From assembly GCA_937876465.1 (NCBI GenBank), contig CALEHV010000023.1, forward strand, positions 6,625 through 70,624: a DNA stretch of 64,000 bases. Reading direction: 5' to 3'. Shown piece by piece: positions 46,478-56,483 of this stretch. Under the pieces are notes generated by a model. The model saw nothing but the letters and a program-made list of their open reading frames with translations. It did no database searches and was not told the DNA's origin. The first letter of the stretch is position 1. Every line of letters starts with the position of its first letter. Position numbers and translations under genes: made by a program. This DNA comes from an uncultured Bacillota bacterium. GTDB lineage: Bacteria > Bacillota_I > Bacilli_A > RFN20 > CAG-826.

Positions 46478-48895
46478 ATGAAAATACGCAACTTATTCTT
46501 AACATTCTCTCTTGCATTATGCGGGAGCGCTGCTGCTATTAGTGCAGTAGCAATTAAATCAGGTAGTCCAGTCCCTGTTAAAGCTGCAATTCCTTCAGGA
46601 TTGTATGATGCTGCAGAAAGTGCAGTTGCTTCTAAAAACTGGAGCGGATTATTTAGTGCACTTCAAACTGCATCAAATGTAGGCTTCTATTCTGTTGGCT
46701 ACGATGGACTTTTTGATGTCTATCCAACAAGCGATAAAAGAGCAGATGGAAAACTTAAAGACTGGTATTCAGAAGTCACTAATTTTACAGTTGATTCAAA
46801 AAGATGTGGAAATTACTCTGCTGAAGGTGATTGCTGGAATAGAGAACACTCGGTTCCAAAATCATGGTGGGGTGGAAGTAAATCAAACCAAGGTTGTGAC
46901 GCATTCATAGTTGTTCCTACGGATGGAAAAGTTAATGGAATGCGTTCTAACTATCCTTTTGGTGAAGTTGCCAGTGCAACATATACTTCTAAATCAGGAT
47001 GCAAACTTGGAAGCAGTAAATTAAGTGGTGTTTCCGATAAAGTATTTGAACCATATGATTCAATGAAGGGCGACTTCGCAAGATTAAATTTCTATGCAGC
47101 TGTTAAATGGAATACAACAAGTTGGAGATCAGGAAACGGTGCTTCAACATTCCAATCAAGTAATGATCAAGCACATAACTTTGGATTAACAAATTATGCA
47201 AAAGACTTATTCATGAAGTGGCATAAGCTTGACCCAGTTGATGATTTTGAAAGAAATCGTAACGACGCAGTTATGAATTCAAGCCAAGGAAACCGTAATC
47301 CATTCTTAGACCATCCAGAATATGCAGATTATTTATGGGGAAACGGAGAACCAACTCCAGTCGTAGACCCAGAAAGCGTTACAGTTAGTCCAAATAGTAC
47401 ATCAGTTGCATATAACAATAGTGTTTCATTAAGCGCAACTGTATTACCATCAAATGCATCTCAAAAAGTCACATGGAGTTCAAGTGATACTAGTATTGCA
47501 ACAGTAGTTAATGGTGTAGTTACTGCAAAAGAAAAAGCAGGAACAGTCACAATTACTGCTGCTTCAGTTAAAGAAGGAGTTAAAGGAACTGCAACTATTA
47601 CAGTCACAGCACCAACTCCAATTAATGTTACTGGTATTGAAGCAAATAACATTGAGATGGATGCAGGCGAAACTGAAGATATCGGTTTTGCTCCAATTCC
47701 AAGCAATGCATATCCTGCTCCAAAATTTGAATTTACATCAAGTGACAGAACCGTAGCGGTTGTTGGCGCTGATGGCAAAGTCACAGGACTTAAAGAAGGA
47801 ACTTCTAACATCACAATTAGAGCCTATCAACCAAATGGCGGCGATGTTACTAAAACTATTACAGTTAAAGTTAATCCTGCTGGTGCATACACATTAGTTG
47901 AAAATGTTTCCACGTTAAAAGATGGAGACAAAATTGTTGTAACTATGGGAGATCCTGAAGGTAGCACCTCTGGTGTAACTGGATGGGATGGAAATAAAGA
48001 TGCAACTGTTTCTTCAACACCAAATGATTGGGTAAAATACGAAGTTAAAATCAATAGCAGTAAAGTTTATCTTTACGACGCAAACGAATCTTCATATATT
48101 GCTACCCCAGGCGGAAACGAATTTAAATACACAACCGAAGTTGGTAGTGCAGGTAATATTAGCGTTGATAGCAACGGAAATTTCAAATGTGGTGAAAGAT
48201 TCTTAGCTAAGAACAGTTCTTACTATCGTTTCTACACATCTTTATCAAGTTATGATGGATTCCATGCTTATAAGAAAGGTTCAGGCGGAGGATCTGTTGA
48301 TTACATTACATTAGATAAAAGCGAAGCAGAGCTTGGTATTGGCAACACATTAACAGTTAATGTTGTAGACCATTCAGGAGAAGTCACTTGGTCAAGTAAT
48401 GATGAATCTGTTGCAACAGTTGATAATGGTGTTATTACTGCAGTTGCTCAAGGTTCAACAAAAATTGTAGCTACATGTGGTAGCGCAACTGCTGAGGTTA
48501 ATGTCTTAGTTAAAGGCGAACCAGGCCCAGTTACTGACTATGTCACATTAGACAAAACTGAATTGCAAATTAAACCAGGTGAAACAGGAACAATTAATGT
48601 TACTTCTTCCTCAGGTACAGTTACTTGGGAAACAAGTGATGCTTCAATTGCAACTGTTGAAAACGGAGTTGTAACAGGTGTTGCATTAGGCAACGCTACA
48701 ATTACAGCTAGATGTGGTGATGCTTCAGCAACAGTTAATGTTATAGTTACTGAAAACCCAGCTCCAACACCACAAAATAACAATCAAGCAATTGTGATTA
48801 CTGTCATTGTTATTGGTTCAATAATTGTTCTTGCTGGTGTCGGAGTTACTATCTACTTCGTTGTAAGCAAAAATAAAAAGAAAGCTAGTAAATAG
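46478..48895 (+). CDS. membrane-anchored Endonuclease-I-family nuclease (paralogue 3) with four Big_2 domains
   Basis: REHSVPKSWWGG, FEPYDSMKGDFARLNFY, NRNPFLDHPEYADYLWG. Four ..VTWSSSD.S(I/V)ATV..G.VTA..-type Ig-like repeats and a C-terminal TM. Confidence 0.85.
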   Translation: MKIRNLFLTFSLALCGSAAAISAVAIKSGSPVPVKAAIPSGLYDAAESAVASKNWSGLFSALQTASNVGFYSVGYDGLFDVYPTSDKRADGKLKDWYSEVTNFTVDSKRCGNYSAEGDCWNREHSVPKSWWGGSKSNQGCDAFIVVPTDGKVNGMRSNYPFGEVASATYTSKSGCKLGSSKLSGVSDKVFEPYDSMKGDFARLNFYAAVKWNTTSWRSGNGASTFQSSNDQAHNFGLTNYAKDLFMKWHKLDPVDDFERNRNDAVMNSSQGNRNPFLDHPEYADYLWGNGEPTPVVDPESVTVSPNSTSVAYNNSVSLSATVLPSNASQKVTWSSSDTSIATVVNGVVTAKEKAGTVTITAASVKEGVKGTATITVTAPTPINVTGIEANNIEMDAGETEDIGFAPIPSNAYPAPKFEFTSSDRTVAVVGADGKVTGLKEGTSNITIRAYQPNGGDVTKTITVKVNPAGAYTLVENVSTLKDGDKIVVTMGDPEGSTSGVTGWDGNKDATVSSTPNDWVKYEVKINSSKVYLYDANESSYIATPGGNEFKYTTEVGSAGNISVDSNGNFKCGERFLAKNSSYYRFYTSLSSYDGFHAYKKGSGGGSVDYITLDKSEAELGIGNTLTVNVVDHSGEVTWSSNDESVATVDNGVITAVAQGSTKIVATCGSATAEVNVLVKGEPGPVTDYVTLDKTELQIKPGETGTINVTSSSGTVTWETSDASIATVENGVVTGVALGNATITARCGDASATVNVIVTENPAPTPQNNNQAIVITVIVIGSIIVLAGVGVTIYFVVSKNKKKASK

Positions 48896-48901
48896 CATTT
48901 A

Positions 48902-48923
48902 AGAGAGCTTTTAGCTCTCTTTT
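48902..48923 (+). terminator. rho-independent terminator
   Basis: AGAGAGC-tttta-GCTCTCT followed by TTT. Confidence 0.75.
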
Positions 48924-48995
48924 AATTTGTTTGAAACATGATAAATAATATTTTATGATTATTTTAGGAAGGGGAACGAAAAGAAAGGAGATAAT

Positions 48996-49037
48996 TTGAG
49001 AACAAATTTCTATAAAATCTTTTTGTTCTTAAATTGA
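48996..49037 (+). CDS. 13-codon upstream ORF (TTG start) with a strong SD; possibly a leader peptide
   Basis: AAAGGAG (48984-90) lies 5 nt before TTG. The ORF reads MRTNFYKIFLFLN and its stop is 8 nt before the peptidase ATG. Confidence 0.25.
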   Translation: MRTNFYKIFLFLN

Positions 49038-49045
49038 GATGAAAA

Positions 49046-50629
49046 ATGATTGCTAATTTATTAGCCTTGCTTGCTGCTTCAAGTTCATTAAATGCAGCTA
49101 ATGTTGAATTATTACAAAACGTTGACGATATACAAAAAAACTGTTTGTTTGTATCGGAAACTATTGGATTAGAAGGCACATTGGAAAAACAAAATTTAGT
49201 TAGAGATTTAAATGGGAATGTTTTTATTGTTCAACTAAGTAATGATGTGGGTTATCTAATATTTGATCCTGTATCACAAGCACCAGTTGAAATTTCGCTT
49301 TTTTCTCCTTGCCCTTATGATTTTGATTTGGAGATAAACAATTATTATTTTGGGCCAATGAATTCGTTTTATTTATTTCAAAATGAATTTATTTCCTGTT
49401 TTGATGAAAATACTAGGATTAATCTAACAACTGCTTTAGAAATGCAAGGCGAATTTGAAACAAAACTTAGTGAAATAAGAAAAAATGTTAGTTCCCAGAA
49501 TAATAACCAAACCCTTTCTATTGAGAAAAAATCACAAAGATATGGATTCGATGTTTTTATTGATAATTATGAGCTTATCACTCAAGAAACACATCCAACA
49601 AATTATGATGGTACTTGTGGTTATGTGGCAGCTTCTATAGTCTTGAATTATTGGAATAAAACTATGCATAAAGGAACTGTTCCTGAAAAATTTTATGATG
49701 AGAATGGCCAATTGAATATTGATGGCAATAACAATAAAAATCTTTTGCAGGAGTTATTGCGATGTGGCAACAATGTGAAAGAATCTTATCCTTGGTCTAT
49801 TAGTGATGCTTTGAATGCATATTGTAACGATTATAATATTGATGGATTTGCAGATTGGTTTATACTCGATTTCGATGTAAAAACGCAAATAGATTTAGGC
49901 CACCCAGTTATTATATTTGGTGCATTGCAAGATGTGTCTAAAAATGATGTTAGTCTTATTGCTCATGCTGTGGTATGTTATGGATATAAAAATATATTAG
50001 GCAATGTATATTATTATGTAAATTATGGATGGGATAACGAATATAATGAAATGCTAATACATCCTGGAATTTTAGTAGGTGGAACAACATCTTTTAAACT
50101 TAACTCTTGTGTTTATGAAAAAGAATATACTATTGCACCTAACGAATATGGATTTTCAAGTAGTTATTGTACATACAAAGACACTAAAACAATTACTAAA
50201 GATGACTTCTCGTTTGAAACAACTAGATATAGATGTGGCTTTATTGAAAACGAATATGTTAATTTGTCGGCTAGAAAACAAGGATATAATTGTGCATATC
50301 TAGAATATAAATTTAAAAATCCACTAAATTGGGTAAATATTAATATATCCTTTTGGAGTGATGATGAAAGGTTTAAGGGGTTAAACAAGGCTTTTGCAGC
50401 AATACAATATAAATCGCTATATTCTAATGATTGGATAACTGCAATTGACTTGTTAAATGATGTAGATTTGTCTACCGATAGAAAGAATCAGAATCAATTT
50501 TTAATAAGTTTTCCAGAAAAAGCTAAAGAATTTCGTGTGGTTGCTCACTTTTATGAAGTAAGTGGACTAAACGACAGAAATAAAGGTCGAATATCAATAG
50601 GAAACATAACTTTTAGTACATATTGTTAA
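49046..50629 (+). CDS. secreted papain-fold cysteine peptidase, streptopain (C10)-like
   Basis: Catalytic-type Cys in YDGTCGYVAASIVLNYW and His in LIAHAVVCYGY, then YYVNYGWDNEYN (compare C10 CVATA..GGHAF..NWGWGG). Hydrophobic N-terminus, ~170-aa pro-region, ~170-aa C-terminal extension. Confidence 0.6.
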   Translation: MIANLLALLAASSSLNAANVELLQNVDDIQKNCLFVSETIGLEGTLEKQNLVRDLNGNVFIVQLSNDVGYLIFDPVSQAPVEISLFSPCPYDFDLEINNYYFGPMNSFYLFQNEFISCFDENTRINLTTALEMQGEFETKLSEIRKNVSSQNNNQTLSIEKKSQRYGFDVFIDNYELITQETHPTNYDGTCGYVAASIVLNYWNKTMHKGTVPEKFYDENGQLNIDGNNNKNLLQELLRCGNNVKESYPWSISDALNAYCNDYNIDGFADWFILDFDVKTQIDLGHPVIIFGALQDVSKNDVSLIAHAVVCYGYKNILGNVYYYVNYGWDNEYNEMLIHPGILVGGTTSFKLNSCVYEKEYTIAPNEYGFSSSYCTYKDTKTITKDDFSFETTRYRCGFIENEYVNLSARKQGYNCAYLEYKFKNPLNWVNINISFWSDDERFKGLNKAFAAIQYKSLYSNDWITAIDLLNDVDLSTDRKNQNQFLISFPEKAKEFRVVAHFYEVSGLNDRNKGRISIGNITFSTYC

Positions 50630-50693
50630 TCTGACATTTGCTATTATAGAAACAATAAATAAATTAAAATATTTAATTCATCAAGAAAGGAAA

Positions 50694-51158
50694 ATGAATA
50701 TGCGTTTTATTAAATTAATCTTACTTTCTTTAACTTGCCTGGCATCAAGCTGTGGTGGACCTGATACAAGAGGCTGGCCACATATTGTGTTAGATTTTAA
50801 TTGTTCAGAAATATCAAAAATTACTATTGATTTTACACAACACAAGTTTGGGTTCAGAGACGATCAAGAAAAAGTCGATTTTCTGATTTTGAAAAATCCT
50901 GAACAATTTGAATCGTTTGTGTTTTACGTCACAGAATTTGATTTAAAAAAGGATCCTGAAAGTTTTCTTGATATATCTAATTTTAGATATAGAATTTTAG
51001 TTACCTTTTATTATTGGAAGTCTGATGAAATTTTTACAACAAATCTTCGTTTTTATTCGTATGAAAGGTACGAATCAAAAGTTATGCTAAATAATGGGGA
51101 TGTTCATTTTATACCCTGGGAAATCGGTCATTTATATGAAAAATTTGTTGCTAATTAA
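50694..51158 (+). CDS. small lipoprotein, hypothetical
   Basis: Signal peptide LLSLTCLASSCGG with a lipobox-like Cys. 154 aa, no family recognised. Confidence 0.6.
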   Translation: MNMRFIKLILLSLTCLASSCGGPDTRGWPHIVLDFNCSEISKITIDFTQHKFGFRDDQEKVDFLILKNPEQFESFVFYVTEFDLKKDPESFLDISNFRYRILVTFYYWKSDEIFTTNLRFYSYERYESKVMLNNGDVHFIPWEIGHLYEKFVAN

Positions 51159-51282
51159 ATTTTTAACACTAATAATGATTTAAATTGAAAGACTTAGAGA
51201 ATTTAAAATTTAAATTAAAATTCAATAACTCGCTTTTATTTTTTAATTAAAAAAAGTAAACTATATACGAAAGGAATTTAAT

Positions 51283-52515
51283 ATGGATTCAAATTACAAA
51301 AAAGATTTTGAGCCTGGTTTTTCGCCATTAACAGTTTGCGAAGAAGCTTCAAGATGTTTGCTCTGTTTAGACGCACCATGTTCAAAAGCATGTCCGGCAG
51401 GAACAAGTCCGGATAAATTTATTCGTTCAGTAAGATTCCGCAACTTTAAAGGTGCGGCAGAGACAATTAGAGAAAACAATGCACTTGGTGCAATTTGTGC
51501 TCGTGTTTGTCCGACAGAAAAGTATTGTCAAAAAGGTTGCTCACGTAGTGGCATTGATCGTCCAATCGATATTGGCCGTATCCAAAGATACGTTACAGAC
51601 TACGAAGAAGCTCTTAAAATGGACATTCTTAAAGTAGGTAAAGCAAATGGTAAATCAATTGCTATTGTTGGTAGTGGCCCATCCGCTTTACAAGCAGCAG
51701 TCTCATTTAGACAAATGGGTTATGCAGTAGAAATATTCGAAAAAGAAAAAGTCGCAGGCGGTATGCTTCGCTTTATTCCGGAATATCGTTTACCAAACCG
51801 TATTGTTGATAAAGAAATCAAGAGAATTGAAGGCTTAGGCGTTAAATTCAATCTTGGTGTCTGCGTTGGCAAAGATATGTCTATGGCAGACTTAAAGAAG
51901 AAATTCGATGCAGTTGTCTTAGCAGTTGGTTATAGCTATGGAAAGATGCTTCCAATGTTCGAAGGCAAGAAATTTGTTGAACTTGCAGTCGATTTCTTAA
52001 AGAAAGTAAAAGCTAAAGGCGGAAACGTTAAAGTTAAAGAAAACATTTTAGTTGTTGGTGGTGGAGACGTCGCTATGGACGTTTGTACAACACTTAAATT
52101 ATTAGGTGTTCCACACGTAACTGATGTTGTTTATGAAAAATTCTCAGAGTTCAAAGCAAGCAAGAAAGAACTTGAAGGTGCAGAAAAACTCGGAGTTACA
52201 ATTATGGACGGCTATGTCCCTGAAAAAGTCAGTGGCAAAACTGTCACATTTAAACATCGTGAAATTAATTCTACAGTTAAGATTAAAGCCGATAAGATTA
52301 TCCTTGCAGTTGGTCAAAGACCAGATGTTGAAGGCTTAGGTGTTGAACTTGTTAAAGGCGAAGTTAATGAAGCTAAACCATATTACACAAAAGATCCAAA
52401 AGTCTTTGTATGTGGTGATATCGCTCATAGCAAGTTTGATAAGACAGTTGTCGGTGGCGTCCGTACTGGTAAAGAAGTTGCTCTTTATGTAGATGCAGCT
52501 TTAGGAGGTAAATAA
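51283..52515 (+). CDS. preT: NAD-dependent dihydropyrimidine dehydrogenase subunit PreT-like (FeS and FAD/NAD oxidoreductase)
   Basis: [29 protein letters not shown] FeS motifs. [14 protein letters not shown] dinucleotide fold. ~410 aa, as in E. coli PreT. Confidence 0.75.
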   Translation: MDSNYKKDFEPGFSPLTVCEEASRCLLCLDAPCSKACPAGTSPDKFIRSVRFRNFKGAAETIRENNALGAICARVCPTEKYCQKGCSRSGIDRPIDIGRIQRYVTDYEEALKMDILKVGKANGKSIAIVGSGPSALQAAVSFRQMGYAVEIFEKEKVAGGMLRFIPEYRLPNRIVDKEIKRIEGLGVKFNLGVCVGKDMSMADLKKKFDAVVLAVGYSYGKMLPMFEGKKFVELAVDFLKKVKAKGGNVKVKENILVVGGGDVAMDVCTTLKLLGVPHVTDVVYEKFSEFKASKKELEGAEKLGVTIMDGYVPEKVSGKTVTFKHREINSTVKIKADKIILAVGQRPDVEGLGVELVKGEVNEAKPYYTKDPKVFVCGDIAHSKFDKTVVGGVRTGKEVALYVDAALGGK

Positions 52516-52516
52516 T

Positions 52517-53764
52517 ATGATTAAGAAAGATTTATCTATTGAATTCCTCGGTGTCAAATTTCCTAACCCATTCTGTTTATCATCTTCACCTGTTGGTAAC
52601 TGCTACGACATGTGTAAGAAAGCATATGAAGTAGGTTGGGGCGGTGTTGTTTTCAAAACAATTGGCCCTAAATCATATTTCATTGATGAAGTCTCTCCAA
52701 GATTTGATAAGTTAAACAAAGAAAATACTCCATTTGTTGGTTTTAAAAACATGGAGCAAATCGCTGAACATAGCTTAGAAGAAAACTTAAGAGATTTAAG
52801 AAAACTTAAAAAAGAATTCCCAAATCAAGTCTTAATCGCATCCATCATGGGTAACGATGAAAAGACATGGGAAGACTTAGCACGCATGGTTGAAGAAGCC
52901 GGTGCTGATATGATTGAAATGAACCTCTCATGTCCTCAAATGACATCACACGCTATGGGTAGTGATGTTGGTAGTAACCCAGAACTTTGTAAGAAATACT
53001 GTCAAGCAGTCAAACGTGGAAGTAAACTTCCAATGATGGCTAAGATGACACCAAATATTACAGATATGGTACCAGTTGCAAAAGCCTGTTTAGAAGGTGG
53101 TGCAGATGGTATTGCTGCAATTAATACAATTAAGTCAATTTGTAACATTGATTTAGATAAGAAGATTGGTCTACCAATCGTTGATGGAAAATCTGCAATT
53201 TCTGGTTATTCAGGTAAAGCTGTTAAACCTGTCGCATTACGTTTCTTACAACAAATGAGACAAGATAAAGATTTACATGATTTACAAATTTCCGGTATTG
53301 GTGGTATCGAAACTTGGGAAGATGCTGCAGAATTCATTCTTGTAGGCGCACGTACACTTCAAGTTACAACAGCAATCATGCAATATGGTTACCGTATAGT
53401 TGAAGATATGAAAAACGGTTTAATGCATTATATGGAAGAACAACATGTTGATAAATTAGAAGACTTAGTTGGTCTTGCAAATAAGAACATCATTCCAGCA
53501 GAAAAACTCAACCGTGATTATATCGTCAGACCAAAAATTGATTTAGATAAATGTGTTAAATGTGGACGTTGCTACATCTCATGTTATGATGGTGGTCACC
53601 AAGCTATTGAATGGGATGAAGAAAAACGCGAACCACGTTGTAACAAAGACAAATGTGTTGGCTGTTTATTATGCGGACACGTATGTCCAGTTGGCGCAAT
53701 CTCAAAAGGCGAGATTACAATCAAAGCTGGTCGTAAATCGAAAGCTGAAAAAATTAAACTTTAG
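52517..53764 (+). CDS. preA: dihydropyrimidine dehydrogenase subunit PreA-like (DHOD-fold plus 2x[4Fe-4S])
   Basis: NLSCPQM, C-terminal [11 protein letters not shown] and [12 protein letters not shown]. It starts 1 nt after the preT stop. Confidence 0.8.
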   Translation: MIKKDLSIEFLGVKFPNPFCLSSSPVGNCYDMCKKAYEVGWGGVVFKTIGPKSYFIDEVSPRFDKLNKENTPFVGFKNMEQIAEHSLEENLRDLRKLKKEFPNQVLIASIMGNDEKTWEDLARMVEEAGADMIEMNLSCPQMTSHAMGSDVGSNPELCKKYCQAVKRGSKLPMMAKMTPNITDMVPVAKACLEGGADGIAAINTIKSICNIDLDKKIGLPIVDGKSAISGYSGKAVKPVALRFLQQMRQDKDLHDLQISGIGGIETWEDAAEFILVGARTLQVTTAIMQYGYRIVEDMKNGLMHYMEEQHVDKLEDLVGLANKNIIPAEKLNRDYIVRPKIDLDKCVKCGRCYISCYDGGHQAIEWDEEKREPRCNKDKCVGCLLCGHVCPVGAISKGEITIKAGRKSKAEKIKL

Positions 53765-53786
53765 AACAAGTTACAATCTAAGATTA

Positions 53787-53812
53787 GGCAACGGTTATCC
53801 GTTGTCTTTTCT
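53787..53812 (+). terminator. rho-independent terminator
   Basis: GGCAACGG-ttat-CCGTTGTC (one G-U pair) followed by TTTT. Confidence 0.7.
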
Positions 53813-53834
53813 TATGAAAATTTTAGTTTACTAT

Positions 53835-53891
53835 TTAGTTGACGATTAATGTCCTTACAATTTATAATTAGTTGACGATTAGGTTTACAAT
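53835..53891 (+). promoter_or_regulatory. imperfect 33-bp tandem duplication (TTAGTTGACGATTA..TTACAAT twice) containing promoter TTGACG-18-TATAAT
   Basis: Copies at 53835-48 and 53868-81. -35 at 53839-44 and -10 at 53863-68. The second copy lies between the -10 and ATG 53892. Confidence 0.55.
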
Positions 53892-55124
53892 ATGAAAGAT
53901 TTTAATGAAATTTTCCAGCAAATGTTAAATGGCAAATATTATTCTCCTAGAGAATTACAATACGATACAAAGGCCGGATTATTTTTGTCTCCTTATGAAT
54001 ACCATCAATATTTGGAATTTGTGAATGAAATAAAAAGTGAAGATATTATTGAATTAGATTTGTTATCTTTTAATAAACAAAAACTACACATTATTAATTC
54101 TGTTGAACTTTCAACAATGGTTTCAAATTATTTAGATATCGTTGCAAAAGATATTGAAAGTACTAAATCCTTTTTGAGTACAAGAAATGCAGACGAAATA
54201 ACGCTATCTCGTATCTATTCCGAAATTGAAGGGACTCTTAACATCGAATCTGTTCCTACAACAAGAAAAGTAATTGAAGAATTAAATACCGGCAAAAAAG
54301 ATCCTTCTAATTTAAATGAACAAATTATTTACAATATGCTTGTTAGTATTCAATTTGTAAATAGTATGCCTGATTTTAATGCCGACAACCTTTATCATCT
54401 CTATCAACTTTTATCGGATGGATGTTTAGATGAAGAAGATTGCTTACTAAATGGTTATTATTATCGCCATGATGGTGTTGAAGTGGGAGGCTATAAAGGT
54501 TGCCCGGTCGATAAAATTGAAGAATGTATGGATAGTTTATTTGCGTTTATCAATAGCAATTTAAAAAACCCATATTTAAAGAACTTTTTACCTCATATTG
54601 CTCATTATTACATTGCGTACGTGCACCCATATTTTGATTACAACGGGCGTACTGCTCGCATGGTTTCTTATTGGGTATCTTTATTAACAAATAGCAAACA
54701 TTTGCCACCAATAATTTCTGAAGCAATTAATCAAACAAAAAAGAAATATTATGATTCTTTATCAAACACAAGAAATTCCTTCAACGATTTAAGTTATTTT
54801 TTGCTATACATATACGAAATTTCAATTACATATTTCTTAACATACAAAAACATTGAGGAGATAGAAAATGTTTTAAAAGAAAAAGACGTTAGCTTATCTA
54901 TGCTTGAGAAAAATTATTTGAAGAAAATTCTAATCTCGCAAAAAGGAAAATTCGATCATGAAGATTTTACTAAATGGATTAATATCAATATGAGTAAACA
55001 AGGTTCGCTTAAAATCTTAAATTCCTTCGAAAAATATGGAATTTTAGAATCTTCGATTAGTAGTTCGAAAAAGAAACTATTTAAAATTAAACAAAACATT
55101 CTTAAGTACGAAACAAAATATTAA
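53892..55124 (+). CDS. Fic-family protein (putative AMPylase) with an N-terminal inhibitory-helix-like motif
   Basis: Fic motif HPYFDYNGRTARMV (nt 54624-59). YSEIEGT resembles the (S/T)xxxE(G/N) inhibitory motif. Confidence 0.85.
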   Translation: MKDFNEIFQQMLNGKYYSPRELQYDTKAGLFLSPYEYHQYLEFVNEIKSEDIIELDLLSFNKQKLHIINSVELSTMVSNYLDIVAKDIESTKSFLSTRNADEITLSRIYSEIEGTLNIESVPTTRKVIEELNTGKKDPSNLNEQIIYNMLVSIQFVNSMPDFNADNLYHLYQLLSDGCLDEEDCLLNGYYYRHDGVEVGGYKGCPVDKIEECMDSLFAFINSNLKNPYLKNFLPHIAHYYIAYVHPYFDYNGRTARMVSYWVSLLTNSKHLPPIISEAINQTKKKYYDSLSNTRNSFNDLSYFLLYIYEISITYFLTYKNIEEIENVLKEKDVSLSMLEKNYLKKILISQKGKFDHEDFTKWININMSKQGSLKILNSFEKYGILESSISSSKKKLFKIKQNILKYETKY

Positions 55125-55173
55125 CTTCAAAAATTAAAAAACAAATGTAAATAGTATATACTATTAAATAGTT

Positions 55174-55722
55174 ATGCAAGAAAAGAAACCATTAGACCCA
55201 ATTACAAAAGCAAAGTTACTCATTCAAGGCGAATACTTGTTAATCTCATTAGTATTCCTTGTAATGGGCATTTTGAAGCTTGTAGGTGTATTTGTATCAG
55301 ATCCTGCTGAAACTGGCGCAGACGTTAGATTTAAAATATTTAACTTTGTTACCTTATTAGGTGGAATCTGGATGCTTACCGATTTTGTTTGGTCAACGAT
55401 TTCGCCACGTAGAAGATTTAAAGTAACTTACTTAGATAAAGTTCTTGGTCTTCCATTAGCTTTATACATAATTCCATTTGATATTATTTCCTTAGTTGTT
55501 TGGAATTGGAGTGGTATCCCTGAATGGAATAGATTTGGCCTTGGAGTATTTTTCATTATGGTATTCCTTTCTTATTCTTTCCAAGCTGTTTATCATTGGT
55601 TCTTCCCAACAAAAGCTCTGCTAGCTGCAGTTGAAGCAGATGAGCAAGCTAAACAAGAAGCTTTAGAAGAACAAAAAAAGCAAGAAGAACAATCTCAACC
55701 TGAAGATAAAAAAGAAGAATAA
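55174..55722 (+). CDS. membrane protein with an acidic/Lys-rich C-terminal tail, hypothetical
   Basis: 182 aa, ~4 TM, then EADEQAKQEALEEQKKQEEQSQPEDKKEE. Confidence 0.55.
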   Translation: MQEKKPLDPITKAKLLIQGEYLLISLVFLVMGILKLVGVFVSDPAETGADVRFKIFNFVTLLGGIWMLTDFVWSTISPRRRFKVTYLDKVLGLPLALYIIPFDIISLVVWNWSGIPEWNRFGLGVFFIMVFLSYSFQAVYHWFFPTKALLAAVEADEQAKQEALEEQKKQEEQSQPEDKKEE

Positions 55723-55723
55723 T

Positions 55724-56467
55724 ATGAGTAAATATGACGAGTTAGCTCAAATAATTAACAAGAGCAAAAAGCTCGTCTTTTTTACTGGTGCAGGAATAAG
55801 TGTTCCTTCTGGAATTCCAGATTTTAGAAGTGCAGATGGTTTGTATAATCAAAGTTCAGGATATAATTATCCTCCTGAGGAAATAATTTCTCATCACTTC
55901 TTTGAAGAACATCCAGACATGTTTTATGAATTTTATAAAAACAAGATGGTTTATTTAAATGCAAAACCAAACTACGCTCATAAATTAATTTCTACATTAG
56001 ATAACAAATCAAGACTTGTCAGTGTTGTTACTCAAAATATCGATGGACTTCACTCTATGGCAGGAAGCAAGAGAGTGTTTGAACTTCATGGATCGATTTA
56101 CAGAAATTACTGCATTGGATGTAATAAGTTTTATTCATTAGATGAGATGTTAAAACTTGGTAAAGTTCCTCACTGTAAAGAATGTGGAGATATAGTTAAA
56201 CCTGATGTAGTTTTGTATGAAGAAGGGTTAGATGAGGAAACAATTCGTGGTGCAATCGAAACTATAAGTGAAGCAGATACGATGATAATAATCGGAACAT
56301 CATTAGCTGTTTATCCTGCAGCAAGTTTTGTTAATTATTTTAGAGGAAGAAATCTAATTTTAATTAATAAAGAAAAAACTCAATACGATTATATTTGTTC
56401 ATTAGTTTTTAACGAAGATGTTATTAATGTATTTAATCAAATTAAAGATAACCTCATAGTCAAATAG
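55724..56467 (+). CDS. cobB: NAD-dependent protein deacylase (Sir2 family)
   Basis: FFTGAGISVPSGIPDFRS, QNIDGLH. Zinc ribbon CIGC..CKEC. Confidence 0.9.
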   Translation: MSKYDELAQIINKSKKLVFFTGAGISVPSGIPDFRSADGLYNQSSGYNYPPEEIISHHFFEEHPDMFYEFYKNKMVYLNAKPNYAHKLISTLDNKSRLVSVVTQNIDGLHSMAGSKRVFELHGSIYRNYCIGCNKFYSLDEMLKLGKVPHCKECGDIVKPDVVLYEEGLDEETIRGAIETISEADTMIIIGTSLAVYPAASFVNYFRGRNLILINKEKTQYDYICSLVFNEDVINVFNQIKDNLIVK

Positions 56468-56483
56468 TGATATTATTGAAAAT

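Noticed and set aside
48996-49048. The idea that the micro-ORF and the peptidase ORF are one gene split by a frameshift.
   Set aside because: The micro-ORF frame stops at 49035-37 and the peptidase frame has a stop at 49040-42. A single indel therefore cannot fuse them, and two events would be needed.
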